DNA of 62,967 bases, the filler included, from Klebsormidium nitens (Eukaryota; Plantae; Klebsormidiophyceae): the NCBI GenBank assembly GCA_000708835.1. It is 4 parts of 4 records of this genome, joined end to end, with 100 filler letters (N's around TTAATTAATTAA, not from the genome) between each part and the next. Parts side by side here need not be neighbours in the genome. Positions count along the whole stretch, not along the records: positions 1 to 24,313 come from DF237855.1; 3 more parts are not named here. The stretch is one strand, 5' to 3'. The notes under the pieces were generated by a model. The model saw only the letters and a program-made list of their open reading frames with translations. It was not told where the DNA came from and did no database searches. Positions 1 through 12,028 of the stretch are shown here, piece by piece. Position 1 is the first letter of the stretch. Each line of letters starts with the position of its first letter. A program made the position numbers and the translations under genes.

Positions 1-227
1 GTATTGGGTGACGTTTCGTGATGTATGCTGAAACGCTCACCAGTCGGCTCCCGACCAGCCGATGTCCGCTTCCCAGCGTCCGCTCTCCCCAGGACTTGGC
101 TCGCATGATCCACCAGCATCCCCTCCAGCGGGTGCAATCACGTTATTGCTTAACCGCACATCAGAAGCCCAACTCGCCTGCCACGATGCAGACGGTCGAC
201 CACATACTGCTTGTCTTCTAATAATCA

Positions 228-432
228 GCCGTATTCACCCGGCGCCAATTGCGTCGTTCGCAGCAAGCCAGCTGCAGCTCGCTCTAGCACAAATGCCTCA
301 CGAGCGGCCGTATTCACCCGGCGTCACGTTGGCCCGCTTCAAAGTTACGACCCAAGAGCGGCCGTATTCACCCGGCGCCACGTTGGCCCCGCTTCGAAAC
401 TTTCTCGAACTTTGGCCGTATTCAACCGGCGG
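228..432 (+). repeat. Array of four copies of a 17-bp motif GCCGTATTCA(C/A)CCGGCG
   Basis: Copies start at 228, 307, 361 and 415 (spacing 79, 54, 54); the intervening sequences are partly related to each other. Confidence 0.85.
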
Positions 433-1043
433 CCGCTTCACCTCCGCCAAAAGCAGCCTGCGGCGCGCACTCGCGTCTTCTCCTTGACCCAGGCCAGCTG
501 TCTTTGTAAGTCGGCTATTCCGGTCCCTTGCACCGCGCTGGTACCGTACCGCTCGGACGAACGGAACCTCCACTCCGAGCGGTGCCTAAAGTACCAGTGC
601 CTGCAATTATAGTCGACTTTGGACAGCTGGTCGGGGGCCGCGCCAAAAATTCAGAATCGAGTGCTCGTTGCAGGCAGAACCTGCTTGATGGATTCGATTC
701 GACAAGAATCCGAGAAGCTGTCCTTTGTTTTCCGGTAGCGTACACCATCAGAGGAAGACCAAATCCGACCCTCATCCGGCCCGTCAGAGCTTCCTTTGGG
801 TTGTGCAATCTGCGCAGCTCTCATCAATCAATGCTAGCTAGATGGCCAAGTTGTCATGGAAGAAGAACGCCACCCTCTTTGCTTTGAAGGAGGACTAGAG
901 CTTACAAGGCGAGCGTCATTTAACTCTGACAGCTCGCAGTGCATGAGCGGAGCATTGCCTCAAGTGCTCTCATCTGACTTCCACTCCTGAAGTCAGACGT
1001 TGAGTTGCAGGCGCTGCAGATTGCAAGCATTGCAAACGTTGCC

Positions 1044-4000
1044 ATGGCGTCTACTACGAAGGACGAGACAGACAGCTTGGATCTCAATGGGGAGGAAGAG
1101 GATCAATTTGAACCGCTAGTATCTTCAACAATGGTGAGTGCGCCGCTGCAGCATATGACGCCCAATCCGTCAGACTAATCTTGCTTCAATGTGTTTGCGC
1201 CGTTGCAACATGAAGCTCAAATTCTCTTTGGTTCTTTGACTTTGATTTGAGGGTCAGCAAGATCTCCCGGTTTTGCAAAGGTGTGTGCGGATGCTTCACA
1301 TGTGTTGCAATGTAATCAAGCTTCCGTAGACACTCACGGCACTGGGGGTAAATAGATTTTGGAACATCTGAAAGCCAACAAGATAGAAGGACCCGGTGAG
1401 GAACTGAATTGCATATTGAAATACCTCACAAGGGTTTCTGTTGTCTGTTAAAGCGGCGCCCTCCCACCACCTTTCAATGAAAGCACAACACACCTCTTAC
1501 AGGTCAATGCTGCAATGTCCAATACAGTTTCCTTTGAATGCATATCATTCTTCGAGTAATCTTTCAACTCCTAGCGCTTGCCCCCACAACACAGATTGAG
1601 AGAGCATGCTTTCAATGTCCCCAACCGCTTCCAATGCGCTGTAGCTTTAGACGCTTTCAATCCTTGTAACACCCTCACACAACTCAGACTCAAAGAGCAG
1701 TTCACAAACAAAAGGCAAGACTACTCAAGAAGAGGGGATACAAACGAGGACATACAGCTAGTGTAGGGCTCTCCCTTCAAAGTGTCTAATGAAGGAGCCA
1801 TCCTCTCAATATTCTTTTAAGTATTTCAAAGTGAAAAGTTGACCGGCTCCTGCTCTGCCTACCCACCAACGTGCATCCCTTCAGCCAACTGCAATTCCAA
1901 TTGTGTTTGCAACATTTTCCTCTTGTGCTTTCCAGCCAGGAACTCAGCTCACGGCCAAGCTGATGCGGAGCTTGACCACGCGAATGCAACAGCTGGGAGA
2001 CTCAGGCCAGGAGCGCCTCAGTCTGCTGCCCATTGTTGGCGAGCGGTCCGGTTGGCTGATTGAGCCTTCGGATGTTGAGTTGGGGGAGGTTCTGGGGAAG
2101 GGCTCAACTGCAACGGTGTATAAGAGCCGGTGGCACGGGCTCGATGTGGCTGTCAAAGTGCTGGATCCGTCCTGCTTTGATGACTTGGTAAGTAGGCTTT
2201 TCTGTTGGTGCAATCGGCTTACAGCTTGTTTGGAGGACTGCTTTGTTGGCTGCATACACAAGCCTGCTTGAGATGCGCAGCTCCTAATGCATTCTGACTT
2301 TCAAGAGTTATGGACGGTCAGCTACCCTTTTTGAAGAGCGATAAGTCTCGGTAAACAAGCAATGATGTTCTCTTAGAAGCAAGGTTTTCTGAAGGAGGCA
2401 ATGCCTTCAAATGAGGGCGACACTAAAGTGAGAGCCTCCCTAGAGAAAATGCCTCCTGCTTATGCCTCTGAATGGCCGCAAAGGGTTCCGAAAAGGAACG
2501 CTTCTCGTATTCTTTCTCTGCAGGGCAGCCTGACGTCCTTCTGCCGCGAGCTCGAGCTCTTCTCCACGCAGCGCCACCCGCACATCCTGCCATTCCTCGC
2601 TGGAACCCTCGACATTCCCCACAAGTGCTATGTTGTCACCAGCCTAATGGACAGCACGATGACCATGTGGCTCCACGGGTGCTCGGAACGAAAGTCGACG
2701 CGGCAGATCCCGCTGCCACCGATGAAGGACCGGCTCCGAGTTGGGCTGGAGGTAAGTTTGGGAGGGAGGGTAGAGGGTCCAGAAACCGGGACTTTTGAAT
2801 CCCGTTTGGAGTCTGGTTTGGATCGTATTTGGTATAGTGAATCGGCGGTTGTTGATCTGATGGGCTTATAAATTGCACAATTCTTGAGGAGCTCTAGCAG
2901 CAGTGTGTTTGGGCCCTGGACAAGGAGTCCGCTTGCGGTTTCAAGGTTGCTATCCCTCGTACTTAACAAGCTCAGGTTCCAGTATCCGTGACACCGCAAT
3001 CTGTATCAGAAATGCTCAAAAGTTGATCTCGGCAATCGCTGTCCAGTTTGCGTGAAGCGATTAAACCACTAAGAAGCTCGCTCCTACACCTCACTTTCGT
3101 GGCTCGGCTGGCTGGGTCAACAGGCATAACGACAGAAGTTTCAACATCCATATCCTTTCGCCAATCGCTTCGTTGATTTCACTGTCCCAGGTCGCGCTGG
3201 CGCTTCAACACTTGCACGAGCAAAAGCCCATGATCATTCATAGGTGAGTCGTATAAGCGACCCCACTCCTAAACTTGTCCGTCAGGTTTTGCGGCAAGCA
3301 TGACTTGGTCGGAACGCGGGTACATGAGCTGCACTTTTCCGGTCTCGTTCGACGGGAATTTCAAGAAGCTTCATGGAGGGTTTGCGTTGACTGTAAAAGA
3401 ATGCGCGCTCGCGATAACACACAGCTCGCTCCAACATGTTCGCCACACGTTCGGTCTTTTTAGTATCTCCCACTACCTGAGGTCTTGACGCAATCACAGA
3501 AACTGATCCTGGCGCGTTCGTCGAGTCTAGAGGTCATCCAGACCCTCCCCGTTCCAGCACCTTGACACTTTCAAAACAGAAACTCCTGACTAAGGATTAG
3601 TGTAAAACTTTAAAGAGGGTGTCTGCGGATGCATCCGCATGACGTCATATGGCGACTGCACAGGTTGGCCCTCGGCCGTTTTGTCGCCAAAAAGTCAAAG
3701 TGGCGGTACCATTCCCCGTGCCTGATTTTCTGCTTAGGCGCGACCGGTGCTGACGTTTTGGGCCGCCCCGGGACGACGCCCACTTTAGAGAAAGCCAGCC
3801 AAGTAAAGTTGGTCCGACTTTCTCGAAACGATAGAAACCTGACTTGATCCAGATAGAAACGGCTGCCGCGTTTTCCGCAGGGACCTGAAGCCGTCGAACG
3901 TCTTCATTGGCGGGAATGGCCACGCCTTCCTGTCCGACTTTGGGTTCGCGCGGCTGCTACGACCGGGTGACATCAGCATGACGAGGGCCACAGGTGCTGT

Positions 4001-5959
4001 GCCGGCCTTCCGTTTCCGTCTCTTCCTTTTCTTCTTAGGTCCGAATTTTGAAATGAGGGGAGAAACGATGTCAGCGTGACGAGAGGCAGCCTGTGCTTTG
4101 CTTCCTCCATCTGCTCCGAGTAACCGATTTTTTACTCCTAATACTAAAGTCAAGTGTCTGCTCTGTGTCTCCTTTCTCGGATCTGTCCACTGATTTGTCC
4201 CAACCTTCCTCCGAGCACACACCTCTTAACAGAACGGTACCGCAGTTGTTGTCCCGGCCTGCTTTATGGGCAGTCAGCCCCCGGAACTTAATGCCCCACG
4301 AGCTTTCTAGCTTTCTGGGTTCATACGCACCGAGCAGCTGTCTCCGGTTGCGACCTTCGATTGACTTCCAATAACTCGGTTGAATGTATGGGGGCCTGCT
4401 GGTCTCCAATCCCTGCTGCCCGCATTCCCTCCCTTTCCTTTTTGAGTCGTTTGTTTGATGTTACGGGAACCCTTTCTTCTGCCAGGTACGTTCATGTACA
4501 TGGCACCCGAGGTGATCCGGAGCGACAAGTACGATCAGCGCTGCGATGTGTACAGGTGAGCGCCACCGCATCGCGTCTTCAAGGCTCTCGAGCTTCGACT
4601 GCAGCACCTGACCTTTTGGTGCTCACAAAGTAAATCAAAGGTAGAGGCCTTTCTTTGAGCTGTCCTTACGGGCGCTGTCTGTCAACACCGCTCAATGGCG
4701 ACTGCTTGGGCAGATACTATCTCCCGGCCGCAATCGATTAACGGCGTGGACCCACGCTTGGCTAGGGCTTGGGTCGAGCGTCGTTTAACCTGTGAGGGTT
4801 GATCGACCTTACTCGGGTAAGCTCCTTTAAGTCCGATCTGAGATCGTTCATCTGTGTTTGCAGCTTCGGCGTCCTGCTGAACGAGGTGCTGTGCGGTTAC
4901 CCCCCCTTCATCGAGGTCCGCCAAGCGCCGTTCCAGGTAAGCGGCGGCCAAACCCGTCTATTGATTCATGTGTCGTAAAATCCACGGTACTGAGAATACC
5001 CGGAGTTAAACTGTGCCTAATGGAGAAGCTGGGCCGTCCGATAGCGGAAAGTGGTTGATCAAGAAACGCCCAGTCTCGCTTCCAACTTTGGCCAGGAAGC
5101 CAGGTTGTCGAAATGCGCGGCAAACCATTGAATCTACGCGTCTGCTGACCTTTCCACCGCCTCTTGGAGCCTAGGCAAAGTTCAGGCGTTTGGTTTCTGG
5201 ACCTATATTCAGTCCCGTCATCGAGCCTTCGAAGACTTCTTCCCTCCCTTCTCTTCGACGGTAGATTTCGGTTCTGCTCGTTTCTTCGTTCTGCTCTGTT
5301 CGTCGCCGAGTTGCTTCGCTCCGCCATACCGTTCCGCGATTCGCGGGCAAGTGGCCGCAGTCTGTTCGAACCACGAAAACAGTGCGTTTCTGCACCTTGA
5401 CTTCCTTTGGACCTTCCCGATTGCATCAATTGAACATCCATGCAAGCTTCAACATTGATCACGATCCTCTCACGTTACAGAGGGCCTTGCTTCATCTACA
5501 AAGGCCCAAGTTGATTGTGAACCCTTCAAACCCTTTGTTCCTGAAAGTCTCTTATGGTAAAAGCTTTACTCCGCCAGACATCCCTGTGAAACATTCAGAA
5601 TCATGACTCACCTTCTTCAATTGTTCATATTTCTTTAAAACCTTCGACACTTGAGAATCAGACTCCTAACCCCTTCCTTTCGTTTCCAGATTGCCGAAGC
5701 CGTCGTCAAGGCGGGGATCCGCCCCTTCCTGGTTAAGACCGACGCGGACCCCCGGGTCATAGACCTGATCAAGATGTGCTGGACCCAGGATCCAGATGGA
5801 CGGCCCCCAATGAGCCACGTCACCACCACCCTGCGCGAGATCCTTGCTGACGTGCACAAGGGAAAGAAGAGCCGCAGCGGAAAAGTCAGCGACGGGGCCG
5901 GCAACGAAAGCCGGTCCTCCGTGATGTCACGGCTTTTCAAGACCAAGTCAGGGACGTGA
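1044..5959 (+). CDS. Raf-like (TKL / MAPKKK group C-type) Ser/Thr/Tyr protein kinase, multi-exon
   Basis: Spliced exons reconstruct the kinase subdomains: LGKGSTATVY, VAVK, IIHR|DLKPSN, DFG, GTFMYMAPE, DVYS|FG, CW..DP..RP. The exons have GT-AG borders and the stop is at 5959. The ATG at 1044 and the early exon structure are less certain. Confidence 0.9.
3613..3785. mobile_element. Possible Stowaway/Tc1-mariner-type MITE in a kinase intron
   Basis: TA at 3611-12 and 3786-87 flank an imperfect 11-bp TIR (AAGAGGGTGTC vs reverse complement AAGTGGGCGTC, 9/11). A perfect 16-bp palindrome TGCGGATGCATCCGCA lies at 3624-3639. Confidence 0.3.
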
Positions 5960-8497
5960 AACAACTATTGAGCCGTGCATCTTTACCCGCCATACTAGTT
6001 GGGCTTCAATGCGGATCCCGTCTAACGTCTATTGTAAAGGGGACTTGAACGGGAGCAAGGGAGAGTGGGGTTGCCTGTTCGAGGGCCGATTGATATGCTA
6101 ACTGATTGAGCTACAGTAATCGTAGCGTGAGCGCCGCATACGGGGCTGTATGAAGCGCTGAGGAAAATAAGACTGCAGCCTCTGAGAAAGTCGAGAAGAA
6201 TGCAAAAAGGGCAAAAATGATACACGATGGGCTGCTCGACTTGGTTTCAGCAAAATGTGCAAGAGGAGGAGCGAGCAGCCTTCAGCGTCAAGTCTTGCTT
6301 ATTGAGTTTTGAGCTCTAGGGAAATGGATCCCAGATTTGGCGCCCGCCCTAGCTAGACTCAAAGCCGTATGCAAGTGAGCGAGCATAGCGACGTTTTAGT
6401 ATTGTACAGTGTTTGCTTACAGCACCAAGCGATCGGACACTTCATAGCCTAGCAGAGCTATGGCAGGACCAATAGAAAGATGCGGTACGTGTGTGTACAG
6501 ACCAAAGATCCATCGGAGGCCGAAAGTGATTTGGCCCGAACCAGTAACGCTCCTGATTGCGAAAGTATAGCTATTGAAAACGCTCACACAAATCTCTTTT
6601 GGTATGTGAAGTTTGAACGTTGGATTGTGACCATGCGGAATTTCTGCATTTAGTCGCAAAGTCTGTACTGATGTTACGAGGTCCTCATAGCTTTATTGAG
6701 TACTGGTACGATGGTGGCGGCAGTCTTTTCGAACAAATGATGCTCAGACGAAGCTAGCTCGTACATGGCCGGGTGGTTGCACCGGGCGCGCGAGCGGCCG
6801 GCCAACTTGAATAGCAGATACTACGAGCTTCGTCCACCCGATCCAAGCCGAGTGCAGCGGCTTTTTCATGACAAACATGTACGTGTGCAATTGGCCTCAT
6901 GCTAGCTGGAGCGTTTATACATGGATGCGACAGTCGCGCGAGCGCGAGTTTCAGCATGCGTCCTATAGATAAAAGCTCATGTACCAGTAGAAGTTGATTG
7001 TACAAGAGCTTGGTGAAGATCTTATAGCAAAGCATGTGCTATAAGATATATGCGTATGTGTCCATGAGTGTGTCGCGCGACCGTCAGTAGCTTAGTGCGG
7101 GCGATATCCACGTGTGAATCTAAGCATGCTAGCTTATATAGATGTCCCATGGATAATTCATGTTGCATGCATATGGCAGGTTGTCTTCCGACCTTACGCG
7201 CGCGTATACAATTTCGGAGTGCCAGAAGCCCTGCTGAGCGGGCCATGTACTCTTGCATAGACCGATTGTACTCGGCTGGTTGCGCGCCAGTTATGCTCAT
7301 CGCCTGTTAAGGGTCACATGAAGCTGCAAATACAGTCATCAAGCCAGCTTGCATATGTACCCATGGGTTCATGATAGGCGCGCGCATGTCATTACAAATC
7401 CAAGGGACACGCAGCGTATTAAGGTTGGATCACACCCATGGCTTGATTTAGCAACACAGACAAGGTGACAGTGATCTGACGTCCTCAACGACGAATGCAC
7501 TTTTCCCCAATGCTTCGAAGGGCTTACATACACTAAGCTTGGTCTCCCATCCAGGCGCATATTGTGCATGATCGAATTGCAACCATAAAATCTTTCCCGA
7601 CCTCCCAAGGCCTTTGCCTGTCTAACTCTAGAGACGTCCAAAATCAAAGCCAGGCGATGCTCCTGGACCTTCTGCAAAGGTACTCCTAGAAAGTTTTCAA
7701 TCGAAGCGCTTTTGCTGCAAGGGTTCCGAGCCGTCCAACCTCACGGGCTGCAACCGAAGCAGGGTTGTATCAGCAGGATATCTCCTTCGAATAAACCGCC
7801 AGCAGCAATGGTATCCTACATGCATCCGGCAGTCGATGACGAGAATCCGTCCATCAATGACAAGCAAGGTATGTCCAAAAGAGATCCAGACTTATAACTC
7901 CCAGGGTTTGACAAGGCAGCCCGTCAAGCTACAGACAATCAGCAAACGTCCAACACACATCCGACACGACTTTGCCAAAAATAACTTGGTGGTACCTTAC
8001 CTCCTGGACAGACTCCTCGATGGCGAGCGGGACGCAGCCCGAACTGGGCTCCGGGAGCGGCTGCATATCGGACGAGCACGAATCAATCATGGCCTCTAGC
8101 TTTGAAGATATCATTCAGAGAATGAAAACTTGCTGCTGCCAGAAAGAGTTAGGGAACCGAGACTGCTGAGACTTGAATAGCGGAGATGCCAAATGGTACC
8201 ACACACCGTCAATGTGCGTTCTGACCACATGAAGAGCAGCTGCTAGCACTTCATTTTCCAAAACACGTAGTTGAAAGGTACCTCCTCTTGCAACTCTCTC
8301 GCCTCGATCGGTCTGACGTGTTGACACGCCTGAATCAGCGGAGACGCTATGACAAGCATCCGTTGCTACGAGACACATGAAGGCTTAAGACCTTGTACAA
8401 AGACCCACTTCTGCATTCGTTGTTTGGGCGTATAGTAGAGAGAAGGGAACAGTCAGCCAAACAAACGCAAGATCAATGAAGGTGGGAATTTGCGAAC

Positions 8498-11437
8498 TCA
8501 CTCCCGGGGGGAGTCGCTGCGCGGGCGCACTGGCGGGCTTGCCGAGCGCGCCTTCTCGTCGTCCTCAAGCTCGCGCCGACGGTCCTCGACGCTGTCCGAG
8601 CGTCGGCGCCGGTCATCGTCGTCGTCGTCCCGGCGACGAGGCGGGCTGCGGGAGCGCGAGCGCGAGTGGGACCGCTCACGGCTGCCGCTCTCGACCTCCT
8701 GAAAGATGGACTGGAGCTGGTGAGTTGCCAACGACATGCTTCCCAACAATGCAGCTTCTCCGGTTTGTGGTGATGGTTTGAGAAGGTCAGGAGTATAAAT
8801 TCTCACACAGCATGGCTATACCATATCACATGGTGTGCATGAAGCTGGTGGGTGTTTTATAAGTGCTGATTCGGCAGCACATATCTCGGCAGGACCGACT
8901 GATGCAAACCTCTAGGTCCTCCAAGCGTCGAATCAATGGTCGATTTTGGCGGAGGGCACATGTGTCGAGGACCCGGCAAGAGTAGCCTCTACTCGTTTGC
9001 AAGTTACTTAACTTGCAATTACAGATTGGAATGTCCATGAAGCCAAACACATCGGAATGCCTCCAAAAAGGTCAGTGCTGCGCAAAGGTCCAGTCTCAGC
9101 ATGCTCTGTACTTTGCAGACAGCGAACGAATAAACGGAAGTGTACGTGCACTCACAGGTCGCAGGTAGACTGTGTTCCCCTGCAGGCGCACCCCGTCCAG
9201 CTTGCGGACGGCGTTCCTCACGTCCTCTCGGCTCTGGTACTCAATCACTCTGCGCAGAGGAAGTCAGGCGGGTCAGAGTGATGCAAGCAAACTGAGCAGC
9301 TATTTAGTTGTGAGGATGTTGATGGGGAGGTACGACCATATCAGGGTCATACTTTGATGATTAAGTGGACTGGTGTGACTCCGACGAGCAGGACAGAAGT
9401 CACTTGGAGGGGCGGAAAGATGACAAATGACAACAGGAGGACTCTTCTGGTGGGTAGTCTGATTGCACAAGGGAAAATATGCAAACCGAAGCCCTAAGGT
9501 TGCTTCCAACATGTTGGCCTGACGTGATGACAGGTTGCATCTACCAACAAGGGATGCCGAATGTTATTCAAACAGCGACGCATCAGAAGGAGGAGCCTCA
9601 GGGAAATGGTAAGGTTTGCAAATGATGAGGCTTGCAGGACATACATGAACCAGGTCGGAGCTTCCAAGCTTTGCATGCCCCGCTCCTTACCTCCAGCCCC
9701 AAGGGGGCAGCTAGCCTCCTAATCCATGTTTGCAAACCCTCAGGACATCCACAAGAGTGACCCTCGTCCCTCCCATGTGAAGGGCCCCCACTCGAGTCCA
9801 CAGAATCCACACCAACCATGCACGGCCCGCAAAGCTCCCCAAGACGAATGCAGCGCCCTCTGTAGCGGCTCCCTGGGGCGTCCACTTCTCGGTAGCCTCT
9901 GACCAACTTCCGGAAGACCAGACAGGATCCGCGGGGCCACAAGCAGGGTCCGCTGACGACCTTCCATACGCGAGCGACGGGGATCCCGTCCGATTGTCCA
10001 GAATGCCTCACCCCTGAATCTTGCCGCGGTCACGGAAGACGTCCGCATAGGCGACGGCGCCGGCCTCGCGTCCGAAGTCCTTCAGGTCTTGCCAGGAGGT
10101 GCGCTCGGACAAGCCCTCTGGAAATGCACACAAAGCGAGAGCACAAGAGGGGTTGGCAGACAAAGAGAAGATTCAAGCCTCGTTTTGGCTGCCTGACCAA
10201 TCCAGATGTGCGCGACAATGTTCCGCTTGTGCAGCAAAAGCTGTTCATCCTCATTAAACGAGGGCGCATCCAGAGATTCCAAGATTGAATGACCCTTCCA
10301 AGTGCACAGAACGAGCTAGCCAGCAATGGGAGCGAATGCCACATTATCTGCTCACCAATCACGACGCGCTTGTCTTGGCGATTGAATAAGCCTCCCGGCT
10401 GCTGCCCGGGGCGAGGCCCGACCGGCATTCTAGGCGGAGGCCTGCTGGCCTCCACCTGAAGACGACCACCTGAGCAGCACGTACAAATCCACTAAGTAAA
10501 GGCAGTTTTGGCACACATTAGCAAGTTGCAGGCTATATTTGAACACATTAGCAAGTTGCAAACCCCAGATATGACCACTTGCGAACAAACAAGGACTGAC
10601 AGGTTAGCGAGTCGCAAACCCCAAAATATGACAACTTGTGAACAAACAAGGACCGTGTATGCAGTTCTCACAGAAGAATGGAACAGAATTTTGACACTGT
10701 CGACTTCAATTATCGATTGCGCAGATGTCAGCAATCAAACCCCTCACCCATGAATGTGTACCCATCCAGCTTCCTGATCGCATCATCTGCGTCACGGTAA
10801 TCGTCGTACTCCACAAATGCAAACGCGGAGCCCTGAAGAAGCGGCAAAAGCAGAAGCATGAGAGGTGTGTTAGTAGGCAGAATAAAAACAGGGTCAATAT
10901 CCTTGGACATTGCAAAGATGTCTAGATGTCAACACTCAGCAACCTGAGTTTCCAATTGCTTCACATCGAATAACTGAGCCTCGCACGGTTGCAAAAGTGC
11001 TCGCAATTGGCTGCAAAGTGCTGACAAAAAAATCTCACTGACAAGTGGGACGTCGAACTCGTTGCTCATCACCAAGTGCTAAACCAAGATACTTACATCA
11101 GAGCGCGCCTTCAAATCAGCACGAACAATTCTTCCATAACGTGAGAAAAGGTCCTCGACATCCATCTGATTGACCCTGCAAATAAATGCAAAGCCAAGTT
11201 TAACATTCCAACTTCAAGCAGTTCTCTTGAGCAACATTCGACACCCAGTCAAGGGGGTAATTCACAGAGTGGCAGCTAAGAGGAGTGCACAACACGAGCA
11301 TACTCCACCAGCCTTTCATTCCCTGCTTCCTCGCGAGGCACCTTGGTGCAACTTTACCTTGGCGCGAGACCTCCGACAAAGATTCTCGTCCCTCGGCTCG
11401 GAGCGCCCCTGTCCCTGTAAGAATCTCTGTACGACAT
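8498..11437 (-). CDS. SF2/ASF-like (SR30/SR34 family) serine/arginine-rich splicing factor, multi-exon
   Basis: Exons give [27 protein letters not shown] | [16 protein letters not shown] | [22 protein letters not shown] (RRM1). The pseudo-RRM signature SWQDLKD is near 10070-10100, followed by [19 protein letters not shown] and an RS-rich tail ending at 8498. Confidence 0.9.
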
Positions 11438-12028
11438 TGTGACTGTCTACGAAGCAGTCAAAAAAGCGGTTCAGGAACTATTGAGCTCGTTCCTGGGGCT
11501 GAGAAAAGAGGACACCCCTGGGCGCTGAGGCCACCCTTTCAACAATGTAATTTTAATAAAGTTTTCTTGCCAGTTTCTGTCCTTTCCCAGCTATACATAC
11601 ATACATACATGCATCGAAAGGAATCGGTGCACATGTGGCTTCAGCCTTCAGCCTTTCATGGCTACTTTTAGCCGAAGCTGCGTGGCTTGGGTTATGTCTA
11701 ACCTAGGCACGTCGTTTCTGTACTTGCAACTCAGTTTTGGCACGCCAGAACTAGGGTTTGCCGCTTAACTCTGACCTCAAACCCGGAGGGTCAAGTATGG
11801 AGAGATTGGAATTAGGGTTTGGTTCTTCTCATGAAGCATGAACGCAGCTCTGCTTCTCGGCAGCCAGCTTGCATATAGGAGCTGAGGGAGGTTCAATTTC
11901 AAGCTCGGAGGGAATGCTAACAGGATAGACAAGGCTGAGCGATTGCAAGCGACGTTCTCTGTTTGCTTTTGAGGCGTTCGCAAGACGAGGGATTTTCATT
12001 GGAGGGGGGGTTGTTGCTTGGGCCCAAC

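Noticed and set aside
228-432. CRISPR array interpretation of the 17-bp motif series
   Set aside because: The repeat is too short, the spacers are related to each other and uneven, there are no cas genes, and the context is eukaryotic.
7369-8378. Possible degraded SET-domain or other coding remnant on the minus strand
   Set aside because: Only a weak resemblance (SHGCDP) amid many stops; no motif set I can support.
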